A stretch of DNA of 64,000 nt from an uncultured Candidatus Saccharibacteria bacterium (GTDB taxonomy: Bacteria > Patescibacteriota > Minisyncoccia > Portnoybacterales > UBA2143): NCBI GenBank assembly GCA_964413015.1, contig CAYPQZ010000006.1, positions 7,070-71,069 of the forward strand, in the 5' to 3' direction. The stretch's first letter is position 1, and each line of letters begins with the position of its first letter. Shown in pieces: positions 10,203 through 20,551 of this stretch. Both the position numbers and the translations under genes were made by a program. The notes below the pieces were generated by a model. That model was not told the origin of the DNA. It ran no database searches and saw only the letters and a list, made by a program, of their open reading frames with translations.

Positions 10203-10380
10203 AAATTTAAGGATTGTCATTGAGAGTAGCGACCTTCCGCTGAAGGCGAAAAGTCATGCTCGTCTGTCTGTCTCTGGAGGGAAAGGATAATTCTTAAATT
10301 TTGACAAGTTCAAGCAGATAAGAACAGTCTTTAAAATAACGCCTTTGTGCTCAAGGGACATCATTTTAAGGACTGTCCTT
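10203..10380 (+). repeat. Composite element A (10203-10307) + B (10317-10380)
   Basis: Close match to 16865-17046. Confidence 0.92.
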
Positions 10381-10411
10381 TAACTGCTCTAAAAGTCAGT
10401 ATCCGAAAAAC

Positions 10412-11128
10412 ATGCTTATTGAATTGAAAAATATTACCAAAGATTACGTAGATGAGGAGATAACTACCCGGGCTTTGCGCGGGGTTTCTTTTGGCATCAA
10501 CGAAGGTGAATTTGTGGCCGTTATGGGCTCTTCCGGCTCGGGTAAATCCACCTTGATGCACATTATCGGCTTTTTGGATAAAATGACCCAGGGCGAGTAC
10601 TTTTTTGACGGGGAGAATGCCAGCGATTTTGATGACCACAAACTGGCTGAAATTAGGAACCGGAAAATCGGCTTTGTTTTCCAGTCGTACAACCTTTTAG
10701 CCCGGACTTCGGTCTGGGACAATGTTTTACTGCCAACTCTTTACACACCCAGCTTAAACAAAAAGGAAACCGAAGAAAGAGCTCAGCATCTTTTAAAGAA
10801 ATTGGGCCTGATAGAAAGAACCAATCATCGGCCCAATCAGCTTTCCGGAGGCGAGCAGCAAAGGGTGGCGATTGCCCGGGCTTTAATTAACCAGCCGCGC
10901 TTAATTCTGGCGGATGAGCCGACCGGGAACCTGGACAGCAAATCAGGCCAGGAAGTCATGGAAGTTTTGCAGGATTTGAATGAAGAGGGAAATACCATTT
11001 TAATGGTGACCCACGAGAAATACGTGGCTGAATGCGCCCGCCGGATTTTGAATATGAAAGACGGTCTGATTGTCAGCGATTACCAGGTAGCCCACCAGCA
11101 TTTGGCTAAAAACGGATTGAAGAAGTAA
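10412..11128 (+). CDS. MacB/LolD-type ABC transporter ATP-binding protein
   Basis: GSSGSGKST, LSGGEQQRVAIARAL, ADEPTGNLD. Confidence 0.95.
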   Translation: MLIELKNITKDYVDEEITTRALRGVSFGINEGEFVAVMGSSGSGKSTLMHIIGFLDKMTQGEYFFDGENASDFDDHKLAEIRNRKIGFVFQSYNLLARTSVWDNVLLPTLYTPSLNKKETEERAQHLLKKLGLIERTNHRPNQLSGGEQQRVAIARALINQPRLILADEPTGNLDSKSGQEVMEVLQDLNEEGNTILMVTHEKYVAECARRILNMKDGLIVSDYQVAHQHLAKNGLKK

Positions 11129-11195
11129 GGTTATGTGAAGATGAGTTAAAGACAGTTCAAAAATTGTTATTAAAAGCCATTAAAGTCATGGAAAC

Positions 11196-11300
11196 TTGTC
11201 AAAATTTAAGGAGTCGTCCTTTCCCTCCAGAGGCGGGCAGGCGGACACGCCCTTTGCCTTCGGCAAAGGGACGTGATCCTCAATGACAATCCTTAAATTT
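11196..11300 (-). repeat. Element A copy
   Basis: Near-identical to 8361-8465. Confidence 0.92.
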
Positions 11301-11348
11301 CTTAAAGGCTGTTCTTGTCATTATGACAATCCCCAGATTTTAAAAGAA

Positions 11349-12581
11349 ATGTATTTCTTAAATACCCTTAAATTAACCTTTCAGAATCTAGCTTTGAAGA
11401 AAAGCCGTTCTTTTTTAACCATGCTGGGCATTATTATCGGCGTAGGTGCAGTTATTTCAATTATGGCGATTGGCGCTAGTGCCCAGGCCTTGCTTTTGGC
11501 GCAGGTTAACGCCATGGGGACTAATTTAATCGGCATTTTGCCGGGCGCCTCCGATGAAATGGGCCCGCCCGCAGCCGTATTCGGCATAGAAGTAACCACT
11601 TTGAAATATGAAGACGCCTTAACTTTGGCAAAACTTCCCCATGTCTTAGCGGTCAATCCGTATATCACCGGGCAGGGAACCTTTAGCTATTTTAACCGGG
11701 CGGAAAACTATAACTATTCAGGAGTCGGGGCTGATTATCCTAATGTTGAAGACGCTTCAGTGGAGTTGGGGCGTTTTTTTAGACAGGATGAAGTTGACGG
11801 TTTGGACAGAGTAGTTGTTTTGGGAAGTGAAGTTAATGAGAAGTTTTTTGGAGAAGATAATCCAATAGGCAAGAGGATTAAGATAAATCAGGTGAGTTTT
11901 AAAGTTATCGGGGTAATGGAGCAAAGAGGCGTAGTTACTTTCCAGAATCAGGACGAACAGGTTTTTGTTCCAGTCAAAACCGCCCAGAAAATACTTTTGG
12001 GCGTTGACCATTTGGCTTTTATTCGTGCCAAAGTTGACCAGAGTGAAAACATTCCTGCAGTCATCAGCCGGATTAAAGACACTCTTCGTTTCCGGCATCA
12101 TATTAAAGATCCCAGAAAAGATGATTTTTCTGTCAGGAGTACCGAGCAGGCCTTGGATATTTTAGGCAGTATTACCCAGGCCTTGAAATTGTTTTTAGCC
12201 GCCGTAGCGGCTATTTCTTTGATTGTCGGCGGCATTGGGATTATGAACATTATGTTCGTAGTGGTTAATGAACGGACCCGGGAAATTGGCCTGCGCAAGG
12301 CCATAGGCGCTAAAAGAAAAGACATTTTAACCCAGTTTTTAATTGAAAGCGCCACCATGACTTTAATTGGGGGAATCATCGGAATTATTTTAGGAATTTT
12401 AATCTCTTTAATTGTTTCAATCGGCGTAAACTATTTCGGCTATGATTGGAAATTCATTATTACTCCTTTATCCGTTTTTGTTTCCACTTTAATGGCGGTC
12501 AGTGTTGGTCTGGCTTTTGGTTTATGGCCAGCTAATCGGGCTTCTAAATTGAATTCAATTGAGGCCTTGCGATACGAGTGA
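11349..12581 (+). CDS. MacB-type ABC permease
   Basis: RSFLTMLGIIIGV, GGIGIMNIM, ERTREIGLRKAIGA; start moved to ATG 11349 because the upstream extension is repeat-derived. Confidence 0.93.
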   Translation: MYFLNTLKLTFQNLALKKSRSFLTMLGIIIGVGAVISIMAIGASAQALLLAQVNAMGTNLIGILPGASDEMGPPAAVFGIEVTTLKYEDALTLAKLPHVLAVNPYITGQGTFSYFNRAENYNYSGVGADYPNVEDASVELGRFFRQDEVDGLDRVVVLGSEVNEKFFGEDNPIGKRIKINQVSFKVIGVMEQRGVVTFQNQDEQVFVPVKTAQKILLGVDHLAFIRAKVDQSENIPAVISRIKDTLRFRHHIKDPRKDDFSVRSTEQALDILGSITQALKLFLAAVAAISLIVGGIGIMNIMFVVVNERTREIGLRKAIGAKRKDILTQFLIESATMTLIGGIIGIILGILISLIVSIGVNYFGYDWKFIITPLSVFVSTLMAVSVGLAFGLWPANRASKLNSIEALRYE

Positions 12582-12587
12582 TGTGTC

Positions 12588-12660
12588 TGTGTCGGCTTTC
12601 GCATAGCCGACTAGTAAGTCGGCTATGCGAAAGCCGACACACTATGCGAAAGCCGACACA
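12588..12660. repeat. REPIN-like inverted doublet of family C plus 19-bp tandem partial copy
   Basis: TGTGTCGGCTTTCGCATAGCCGACT-agta-AGTCGGCTATGCGAAAGCCGACACA followed by CTATGCGAAAGCCGACACA. Confidence 0.92.
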
Positions 12661-12667
12661 TTAGATT

Positions 12668-13927
12668 ATGAATCCTCTTTCTATAATTAAACAATCTCTG
12701 ATTGCTTTAAAAGCCAATAAATTGCGGAGTTCTTTTTCTATTTTAGGAATTGTTATTGGCGTGGCCGCGGTGGTGATTATTCTTTCAATGGGACAGGGAT
12801 TGAAAGGGCTAGTTACCAATGAAATTGAAGCCTTTGGCCCGAATATTCTAGATATTGCCGTTAAAATTCCCGGTTCTGACCAGATTAGCACGGTTGTTTC
12901 AATGGTCCAAGGAGTTAAAATTACCACTCTGAAAGTCAAAGACGTTAAGGCCTTGCAAGACAAAGACCGCTTTCCGTATATTGAAGCTGTTAGCGGGCAG
13001 GCGATTGCCCAGGAATGGACTACTTACGGCGGAGAAGAAAAACTGTCTTTAATTTACGGATGCAGTCCTGATTATCCTTTAGTTATGAGAATGTCTAAAA
13101 TAGGCCAAGGGCGGTTTTTCACCCTAGGCGAAGATGACGGTTTGTCCAAAGTGGTGGTTTTAGGAAGCGGGATTGCCGAGGATTTCTTTAAAAAAGAAGA
13201 TCCTTTAGGGAAAAAAATAAAGGTCAAAGGTCAGAATTTCAAAGTGGTTGGAGTCTTTGAACCGCAGGGCGGAGCGATCTTTGGCGGGATTGACATTAAC
13301 GACTTTTTATACATTCCCTTACAAACCGCCCTAAAGGAATTTTTAGGGATTGACTATTTATCGGAAATAGTGGTGACGATTGCTGACGAAAAATACTCGG
13401 CGCAGGCGATTGAGGAAATCTCCCGGATGCTCCGAAAACATCACAATATCCAGAATCCGGCCAAAGACGATTTCCAGATTACAACCATGGAAGAGATTCT
13501 GGAACAGGTCAATGAAATCAGCGTTATTCTAAACCTCTTGCTGGGATTTTTAGCCGCCATTTCCTTGTTAGTTGGCGGCATTGGGATTATGAATATTATG
13601 CTGGTTTCAGTGAGCGAGCGGACTCGGGAAGTCGGTTTGCGCAAATCATTGGGAGCGACCCAGCGGGATATTCTTTGGCAATTTTTGATTGAGAGCTTGG
13701 TAATTACCAGCTTAGGCGGCTTTATCGGAATTTTCTTTGGAATCGTTGTTTCCTTAATGGTTGGATTCGGAGTCCAGTATCAGGGGTTAAACTGGCCTTT
13801 GACCATTTCCTGGCTGGCGGTAATTGTTGCTTTTTTGGTATCAATGGCCATCGGGCTGATTTTCGGCATTTACCCGGCCCGCAAGGCCTCCAAACTCAAC
13901 CCAATAGAAGCCATGCGGAAGGAGTAG
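12668..13927 (+). CDS. MacB-type ABC permease (paralogue)
   Basis: LRSSFSILGIVIGV, GGIGIMNIMLVSVSERTREVG, PARKASKLNPIEA. Confidence 0.93.
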   Translation: MNPLSIIKQSLIALKANKLRSSFSILGIVIGVAAVVIILSMGQGLKGLVTNEIEAFGPNILDIAVKIPGSDQISTVVSMVQGVKITTLKVKDVKALQDKDRFPYIEAVSGQAIAQEWTTYGGEEKLSLIYGCSPDYPLVMRMSKIGQGRFFTLGEDDGLSKVVVLGSGIAEDFFKKEDPLGKKIKVKGQNFKVVGVFEPQGGAIFGGIDINDFLYIPLQTALKEFLGIDYLSEIVVTIADEKYSAQAIEEISRMLRKHHNIQNPAKDDFQITTMEEILEQVNEISVILNLLLGFLAAISLLVGGIGIMNIMLVSVSERTREVGLRKSLGATQRDILWQFLIESLVITSLGGFIGIFFGIVVSLMVGFGVQYQGLNWPLTISWLAVIVAFLVSMAIGLIFGIYPARKASKLNPIEAMRKE

Positions 13928-14033
13928 ACAAAAAGGGGAAGAATGTGTAAAATTTAGATAGGATACATAGAGGGCAGTTAAAAAATTTAAGGATTGTCAT
14001 TTAATGCTTAGCTGTGTCCTTTAAACTAAACAT

Positions 14034-15998
14034 ATGTCAACACAAATATATTTTATTCTATCAGCTTCGGTTATTGCTCTTGTCTTTGCCTCAATCCTGG
14101 CTTGGCGGATTAAAAAGCAAGCGGTTGTTTCTAAAAAAGCCGGTCAGATAAGCCAAGTAATCAGAGAAGGGGCGATGACTTTTTTAAATCGGGAATACCG
14201 GATTCTGTTCGTTTTTGTGGTTGTAATTACCGGACTCCTTTACTATTTTCTTAATCCTAAAACAGCGATTGCTTTTGTTGCCGGAGCTTTTTTAAGCGCT
14301 TTGGCCGGACAGATTGGAATGCGGGTGGCGGTTTTGGCCAATATCCGGACTGCGGAAAAACTGAATCAGGATTTTAAATCCGGACTAAACGTCGCCTTTA
14401 ACAGCGGCAGTGTAATGGCGATGAGCGTGGTTGGCTTGGGTCTTTTAGGAGTTACTGCTCTTTACCTAATTTTTAAAGACCCGGTCATTATTTACGGCTT
14501 TGGGTTTGGCGCTTCTTCAGTAGCGTTGTTTGCCCGGGTAGGCGGCGGCATTTATACCAAAGCGGCTGACGTGGGAGCGGATTTAGTCGGCAAAGTAGAG
14601 CAGGGAATTCCTGAAGATGACCCTCGTAATCCGGCCACCATTGCCGACAATGTCGGCGACAATGTCGGTGATGTAGCCGGCATGGGAGCGGATTTGTTCG
14701 AAAGCTACGTGGATAGCATTATCGCCGCTATGGTAATCGGCTCAATTGTAGCTGTTGGAGAACGAGGGATTTTACTGCCTTTAGTTTTAGCCGGTGCCGG
14801 CATTTTAGTAAGTTTAATCAGCAATCTTTTTGTAAAACTGGGTTCAGTCCAGTCCGGTTCAGGTCATAAAGCTTTAAACCGGGGCATCTGGGCGGCTACC
14901 CTTTTAATGGCAGTCAGCGCCTTTGGGCTGATTAAGTATCTTGGTTTTGGAATTAATATTTTTTACGCCTTTTTATCTGGACTTTTAGCCGGCTTAATTA
15001 TTGGCCTGGCGACCGAATATTTTACTTCCGACAAATATTCTTTGACTCAACGGGTTGCTAAAGCGGCCCAAACCGGAGCCGGAACCAATATCATTGCCGG
15101 ATTTGCTTTGGGGCTTTTAAGCACGGCGATTCCGGTTTTGGCAATTTCAGCGGTCATTTTCTTGGCTTACCAATGGAGCCAGTTGTTCGGAATTGCTATT
15201 GCGGCAGTCGGCATGCTTTCCACCTTGGGAATGACTCTAGCGGCCGATACTTTTGGCCCGGTAGTGGATAATGCGGCCGGAATTGCCGAGATGTCCGAAA
15301 TGGGCGAGAACACCAGGAAAAGAGCCGAGGATTTGGACGCAGTTGGCAACACTACGGCTGCGATTGGCAAGGGCTTTGCTATTGGGGCGGCCGCTTTAAC
15401 GGCTTTAGTTTTAATGGTTAGCTACGGGCAGGCGGTTAATTTGCCTTTTATTGATATTTTGAACTACCGGGTGATTATCGGGCTTTTCTTGGGCGGATTA
15501 ATGCCTTTCCTGTTTTCTTCTTTTGCTTTGCAGGCGGTTGGCCGGGCGGCCATGTCTATGGTTAAAGAAGTCCGCCGCCAGTTCAGGACAATCAAGGGAA
15601 TTATGCAGGGCAAGGCCGAGCCGGATTACAAGAAGTGTGTGGATATAAGTACACGGGCGGCTTTGAAAGAAATGATTTTGCCGAGCGTTTTGTGCATTTT
15701 GGCGCCGGTTTTAGTCGGGTTCCTTTTAGGTCCGGCCGCTTTAGCCGGTTTGTTGGCTGGTTCTATTGTGGCTGGGTTTTTGTTAGCTATTACTATGTCT
15801 AATTCCGGCGGGATTTGGGATAACGCTAAAAAATATATTGAAGCAGGTAATTTGGACGGCAAGGGTTCGGAAACGCATAAAGCGGCTGTAGTCGGGGATA
15901 CGGTCGGCGACCCCTTCAAAGATACCGCCGGTCCTTCATTAAATATTCTGTTGAAATTAATGGCGATAGTCGCTTTGATAATCGCCCCGTTATTATAG
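14034..15998 (+). CDS. hppA: Membrane-bound K+-dependent (probably Na+-translocating) pyrophosphatase
   Basis: [45 protein letters not shown] (Ala at the K+-dependence site), [10 protein letters not shown]. Confidence 0.95.
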   Translation: MSTQIYFILSASVIALVFASILAWRIKKQAVVSKKAGQISQVIREGAMTFLNREYRILFVFVVVITGLLYYFLNPKTAIAFVAGAFLSALAGQIGMRVAVLANIRTAEKLNQDFKSGLNVAFNSGSVMAMSVVGLGLLGVTALYLIFKDPVIIYGFGFGASSVALFARVGGGIYTKAADVGADLVGKVEQGIPEDDPRNPATIADNVGDNVGDVAGMGADLFESYVDSIIAAMVIGSIVAVGERGILLPLVLAGAGILVSLISNLFVKLGSVQSGSGHKALNRGIWAATLLMAVSAFGLIKYLGFGINIFYAFLSGLLAGLIIGLATEYFTSDKYSLTQRVAKAAQTGAGTNIIAGFALGLLSTAIPVLAISAVIFLAYQWSQLFGIAIAAVGMLSTLGMTLAADTFGPVVDNAAGIAEMSEMGENTRKRAEDLDAVGNTTAAIGKGFAIGAAALTALVLMVSYGQAVNLPFIDILNYRVIIGLFLGGLMPFLFSSFALQAVGRAAMSMVKEVRRQFRTIKGIMQGKAEPDYKKCVDISTRAALKEMILPSVLCILAPVLVGFLLGPAALAGLLAGSIVAGFLLAITMSNSGGIWDNAKKYIEAGNLDGKGSETHKAAVVGDTVGDPFKDTAGPSLNILLKLMAIVALIIAPLL

Positions 15999-16017
15999 AA
16001 GATTTGTTCATCCCCTC

Positions 16018-16051
16018 TTGACAGCTATTTGTTATGGGTATATACTCATAA
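16018..16051 (+). promoter_or_regulatory. Sigma70 promoter with overlapping palindromic operator
   Basis: TTGACA-17-TATACT; palindrome TTATGGGTATATACTCATAA at 16032-16051. Confidence 0.8.
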
Positions 16052-16128
16052 AGAGTATTACTAAAAACAGATGGCTGTTTCCTTTTAAAAGTCGCGGCTG
16101 TCTGGTAAAATAGAAAGGAGAATTAATT

Positions 16129-16401
16129 ATGCCTAATTTTAATGGAACAGGTCCTCGGGGACAAGGTCCAATGACTGGACGGGGAATGGGTAATTGCGCG
16201 CCGAATGGACAAACTCGGACGCCCGGTTACGGCCGCGGTTTTGGCCGTGGTCTTGGCTTTGGACGTGGCTGGGGATGGCCTGGCTATCGGGCACCCAGCG
16301 CCAAGGAAGAAAAGGAAATGTTGAATGAAGACCTCCAGGGGTTGAAGCATGAAATGGAAGGGGTGCAGTCCCGCCTTGAGGAGCTGAAAAATAAAAAGTA
16401 A
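16129..16401 (+). CDS. DUF5320 family protein
   Basis: MPNFNGTGPRGQGPMTGRGMGNC, GRG repeats, C-terminal coil. Confidence 0.88.
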   Translation: MPNFNGTGPRGQGPMTGRGMGNCAPNGQTRTPGYGRGFGRGLGFGRGWGWPGYRAPSAKEEKEMLNEDLQGLKHEMEGVQSRLEELKNKK

Positions 16402-16409
16402 ATAACAAT

Positions 16410-16826
16410 ATGAAGATTTGTTTAAGTGTGAGTTCGCCTAGCTTAGATTCTTTAATAGATCCGAGGTTCGGACGAGCGCCCTATTTTCTTATCACTAATG
16501 AAAGAGGGGAAAAGGTGGAGACGATTCAGAATACCGGAGTGGATGCCATGGGAGGAGCCGGCGTTACGGCCGCCCAATTGGTTGTTTCTGCCGGCGCTCA
16601 AGTAGTCATTACTGGAAATCTCGGTCCGCGGGCTTTCGATGTTTTAGAAGCATCTGGGATAAAGATAATTGTTGGCATTTCCGGAATTTCGGCTAAAGAG
16701 ACCTTGGAAAAGTATCAGAAAGGCGATTTAGAAGAAATTGCCCGGCCGAGCGTGTCCGACCACTTTGGCGTAGGCCGGAGATTTGGCGGCGGCGGCCAAG
16801 GCAGAAGACAGGGCCAAGGCAGATAA
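16410..16826 (+). CDS. NifB/NifX family protein
   Basis: DPRFGRAPYF, GGAGVTAAQ, VITGNLGPRAF. Confidence 0.9.
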   Translation: MKICLSVSSPSLDSLIDPRFGRAPYFLITNERGEKVETIQNTGVDAMGGAGVTAAQLVVSAGAQVVITGNLGPRAFDVLEASGIKIIVGISGISAKETLEKYQKGDLEEIARPSVSDHFGVGRRFGGGGQGRRQGQGR

Positions 16827-16864
16827 AGGACATTATTGAAAGTATTGAAGAACTGTCTTTAAGG

Positions 16865-17046
16865 AAATTTAAGGATTGTCATTGAGAGTAGCGACCTTAC
16901 GCCGAAGGCGGAAAGTCGCGCTCGCCTGTCCGCCTCTGGAGGGAAAGGACGATTCCTTAAATTTTGACAAAGGCAACCCGATAAGAACAGTCTTTAAAAT
17001 GACGCCCTTGTGCTCAAGGGACATCATTTTAAGGACTGTCCTTATC
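16865..17046 (+). repeat. Composite element A (16865-16970) + B (16980-17046), most intact copy
   Basis: Complete inverted ends for both modules. Confidence 0.93.
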
Positions 17047-17069
17047 GGAGGATTACCCTCTATGTACAT

Positions 17070-18308
17070 ATGAACCAAGTCTTTCAAAAAGGCCGACGAG
17101 CTACCATAATCTCCGCTTTGTTAACTGTCCTCTTGGCGGTAATCAAAGGAATTGTCGGACTTATTTCCGGAAGCGTTGTTTTGTTAGGCGACGCGGTGCA
17201 CAGTGCGGCTGATTCGCTTTCTAGCTTTGCCGCCTGGTTTGGCCTTAAAATTTCACAAAAAAAGCCCACCCAGAAGTTTTCTTACGGGTATTACAAGGCG
17301 GAAAATCTGACCGCTTTTTTGATTTCCGGTCTGATTATTCTGGCCGGCTTGCTGATTGCCAGGGAAAGCGTTGCCAAGTTCACGGTGGTTTCCCAGTTGA
17401 ATATCCCTTTGATTGCCGTGGGAGCGGCTGTGGTTGACGCTTTGGTTATGTTCACCATCGGCTCTTATGAAATGAAAATCGGCCGTAAAATAAATTCGCA
17501 GAGCTTAATTGCCGATGGCCGGGAATCGCGCCTGCATCTGCTTTCTTCGTCGTTGGTTTTAATCGGCTTACTGGCCGGCTGGATGAAAATCCCGTATTTA
17601 GAAGGAATTATGGGTTTGTTGATTTCGCTTTTTATTTTCCAGGCCGGCTTTAGCTCGGCTAAAGATTCGGTTTTTGCTTTAATGGATGTTTCTCCGGAAA
17701 AAGAAAAAGAAGACCGGGTTAAGAAAGTTTTAGGCAATATTCCCGGGGTTAGAAGTTTTGAAGGATTGAAATTAAGAAAATCCGGCCCCCTTATTTTCGG
17801 CGAAGTTAAAGTAAACGTTGGCCGGAGTTTAGACGTTAAAAAAGTCCAGGAAATCTCGGAGAAAATTGAACAGGAGATTAAAAAGAAAGTTAAATCAATC
17901 GATTCTTTCACAGTAATGGCCTCTTCTTTTAAGGCCGAAAAACAGAAAATCTGTCTGCCGATTGAAGAAGATAAAGGGCTGGATTCCTTAATGTTCAGCC
18001 ATTTTGGACGGGCTAAAAAGTTCATCTTTATCAATTTGGAAAAGAGCCAAATTAAGGATTATTACGTCAAAGACAACCCCTACCAAGGAAAAGAAGTTCG
18101 GGCCGGATTGAATACCGCTTTGCTGGTGGTTAAGGAAAAAGTTGATTCAGTAATTACCTGGGAAATTGGGCCAATTTCTCTGCATACTTTGAGAGACGAT
18201 CTAATTGAAGTTTATTCAGCTTCCGGCGGTTCGGTTAAGGAAATAGCTAAAAAATTTGCTCAGCAGAGTTTAAAACCCTTAAAAGAGCCGACTAAAGAAA
18301 AATTATGA
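17070..18308 (+). CDS. Cation diffusion facilitator transporter with C-terminal NifX-like domain
   Basis: DAVHSAAD, FSYGYYKAE, SHFGRAKKF; start moved to ATG 17070. Confidence 0.9.
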   Translation: MNQVFQKGRRATIISALLTVLLAVIKGIVGLISGSVVLLGDAVHSAADSLSSFAAWFGLKISQKKPTQKFSYGYYKAENLTAFLISGLIILAGLLIARESVAKFTVVSQLNIPLIAVGAAVVDALVMFTIGSYEMKIGRKINSQSLIADGRESRLHLLSSSLVLIGLLAGWMKIPYLEGIMGLLISLFIFQAGFSSAKDSVFALMDVSPEKEKEDRVKKVLGNIPGVRSFEGLKLRKSGPLIFGEVKVNVGRSLDVKKVQEISEKIEQEIKKKVKSIDSFTVMASSFKAEKQKICLPIEEDKGLDSLMFSHFGRAKKFIFINLEKSQIKDYYVKDNPYQGKEVRAGLNTALLVVKEKVDSVITWEIGPISLHTLRDDLIEVYSASGGSVKEIAKKFAQQSLKPLKEPTKEKL

Positions 18309-19138
18309 AGACATTAGGCGTAACTGGCGGGAAAGGAGGCACTGGCAAATCTACAGTATCTATTCTTTTAGCCAATAAATATTTCAAACAAGGCCAAAAA
18401 GTTGTTTTGGTTGACTGCGATGTGGAATGTCCCAATGAACATTTGCTTTTAGGCAAGGAGTTAAAAAAGCCTCAAGAAAAAATCTATACCAGTTTTCCCG
18501 AACTGGATAAAAGCAAATGCCAGAAATGCGGCGTTTGCGTAAAATCTTGCCAAAGCAACGCTATTTTTCAGGCGCCGGGCCAATATCCCGTGTTTATCAA
18601 GGATTTATGTTCCGGCTGTAGCGCCTGCTGGCTGGTTTGCCCAAATCAAGCTATTCATCCGGTTAAAGAAGAAACCGGCCAGATTTTTGTTAATCAGCTT
18701 AAAAAGAATTACTGGCTGATTACTGGATTAGCCAAGGCCGGCCTGGAAGAAACCGGCCCTATAGTCAGCCAGACTAAAAAATTCGCCCTGGAATTTGCCA
18801 AAAGCAAAGAAGCTGATATTCTGCTTTTGGATACGGCGGCCGGCACGCATTGCCCGGTGATTTCAGCTCTTTTGGGCGTTGATTCCGCTTACGCGGTGAC
18901 CGAGCCGACTCCGATGGGCGCTTTTGATTTGAATTTAATCCTGGATTTGTGCCGGAAGATCAAGGTTCCCATAGAAATAATTTTAAACCAGTCAGATTTA
19001 GGTAGTCAGGGAAAGATTCAGGAGATTGCCCAAAAGAACCAAGCTCAAATTGTTCAAAAAATACCTTATTCCAAAAAAATTGTTCAGGCCTATTCGCATG
19101 GGAAATTATTAGATTTTAATTATTCATGGGAAAAATGA
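18305..19138 (+). CDS. MinD-superfamily P-loop ATPase with 4Fe-4S ferredoxin insert
   Basis: GGKGGTGKST, DCDVECPN, two CxxCxxCxxxC, DTAAGTHCPV. Confidence 0.9.
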   Translation: MKTLGVTGGKGGTGKSTVSILLANKYFKQGQKVVLVDCDVECPNEHLLLGKELKKPQEKIYTSFPELDKSKCQKCGVCVKSCQSNAIFQAPGQYPVFIKDLCSGCSACWLVCPNQAIHPVKEETGQIFVNQLKKNYWLITGLAKAGLEETGPIVSQTKKFALEFAKSKEADILLLDTAAGTHCPVISALLGVDSAYAVTEPTPMGAFDLNLILDLCRKIKVPIEIILNQSDLGSQGKIQEIAQKNQAQIVQKIPYSKKIVQAYSHGKLLDFNYSWEK

Positions 19139-19947
19139 AAAAAAATATTTCAATTTTATCGCTGGTTTTATTCGGCCTTTTAACTATTTTTAATTTTTCC
19201 ATGTCCTCCGAAGCTGAAGAGGATTGTTTTCACTGCCAGACCCTTAGCCCTGATTTTCTGATGGAAGCCAACCAGCAGTTAACCTTAGTTAAGGTTATCT
19301 CTTTGGCGGCGGTGGATTCGGTTAATCCTTGCACTTTAGCTGTCCTTAGCTTAATGCTGATTGCTATTTTAACCTACAATCCCGAGAAAAAAAGAAACCT
19401 TTTGTTAGCCGGCCTGGCCTTTATTAGCTCGGTTTTTGCGATGTATTTGATTTATGGGTTGGTGATTATTGGATCTTTCGGTTTGCTGAGCTCTTTTAAA
19501 GTATTTCAACTTTGGCTTTACAAGATGGTTGGGCTTGGGGCGGTGGTTCTGGGATGCCTGAAAATTAGGGATTTTTGGAAAAAGCAGGCGGTTTGCCGAG
19601 TGGTTCCCAAGCTTGACCGGATATTGGGGAAAATAACCAGTCCGTCCGGAGCTTTTATGGTGGGTGCTTTTGTAACCATTTTCCTACTGCCTTGCACCAT
19701 CGGGCCCTATATTGTTTGCGGTGGGATTTTATGCGAACTGGGAATTTTGAAATCTCTGCCTTGGCTTTTGTTCTATAACCTGATATTTGTTCTGCCTATG
19801 CTAATTGTGGTTTTAATTATCTACTTTGGATTTGGAAAAGTAAGCGATATTTCCAGTTGGCAGGCCCGGAATATTAAATATCTTGATTTGGCGTCTGGCA
19901 TCATTATTCTGCTTTTAGGATTGGCAATGATTTGCGGAATCCTTTAA
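19126..19947 (+). CDS. CcdA/DsbD-like thiol-disulfide membrane protein
   Basis: CFHC, AAVDSVNPC, LLPCTIGPY, multiple TM. Confidence 0.75.
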   Translation: MGKMKKNISILSLVLFGLLTIFNFSMSSEAEEDCFHCQTLSPDFLMEANQQLTLVKVISLAAVDSVNPCTLAVLSLMLIAILTYNPEKKRNLLLAGLAFISSVFAMYLIYGLVIIGSFGLLSSFKVFQLWLYKMVGLGAVVLGCLKIRDFWKKQAVCRVVPKLDRILGKITSPSGAFMVGAFVTIFLLPCTIGPYIVCGGILCELGILKSLPWLLFYNLIFVLPMLIVVLIIYFGFGKVSDISSWQARNIKYLDLASGIIILLLGLAMICGIL

Positions 19948-19951
19948 TTTT

Positions 19952-20551
19952 ATGGATAAATTGGCAACTATTGATAACCAGCTTAAGGAAATAAGGGATG
20001 AAGTTGTTGAATGCCGGAAATGTTCTCTTTGCCAGACCAGAATTTATCCGGTTATCGGACAGGGCAGTCATCAGGCGGAAATTGCGCTGGTAGGCGAGGC
20101 GCCGGGCGCTTCTGAAGACCAAACCGGCTTCCCTTTTTGCGGACAAGCCGGAGGAATCCTTGATGAATTGCTGAATTCAGCTAATTTAAAAAGAGAGACC
20201 GTGTATATTTGCAATATCCTTAAATGCCGGCCGCCGAGCAATCGCGACCCGCAAAAAGAGGAAATAGCTGCCTGTGTTCCTTATTTAGAAAGGCAAATTC
20301 AGATTATCCAACCGGCGATTATCGGTCTTATGGGCAATTACGCAACCGCTTTCCTTTTGGAAAAATTCGGCCTAAAAGACAAAATCCAAGGGATTAGCCG
20401 GATTCACGGGCAGGTTTTTGAAGCCCAAGCGGGCTTTGGGCCGATTAAGCTGATTCCTTTATATCATCCGGCGGTGGCGGTCTATAACGCCAATATGAAA
20501 GAAATCCTTAAAAAAGACTTTAAAACCCTTTATGAAAAACAAAAACTTTAG
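19952..20551 (+). CDS. Uracil-DNA glycosylase family 4
   Basis: CRKCSL, VGEAPG, KCRPPSNRDP, YHPA. Confidence 0.93.
   Translation: MDKLATIDNQLKEIRDEVVECRKCSLCQTRIYPVIGQGSHQAEIALVGEAPGASEDQTGFPFCGQAGGILDELLNSANLKRETVYICNILKCRPPSNRDPQKEEIAACVPYLERQIQIIQPAIIGLMGNYATAFLLEKFGLKDKIQGISRIHGQVFEAQAGFGPIKLIPLYHPAVAVYNANMKEILKKDFKTLYEKQKL

Noticed and set aside
12588-12660. Possible mini-CRISPR
   Set aside because: Copies are inverted or abutting, with no unique spacers and no cas genes
16869-17087. ORFs 16869-17087(-) and 16876-17073(+), and the N-terminal extensions of 11283, 17010, 32244, 51637 and 51976
   Set aside because: They are translations of elements A, B or D ([15 protein letters not shown] appears twice); better starts lie downstream
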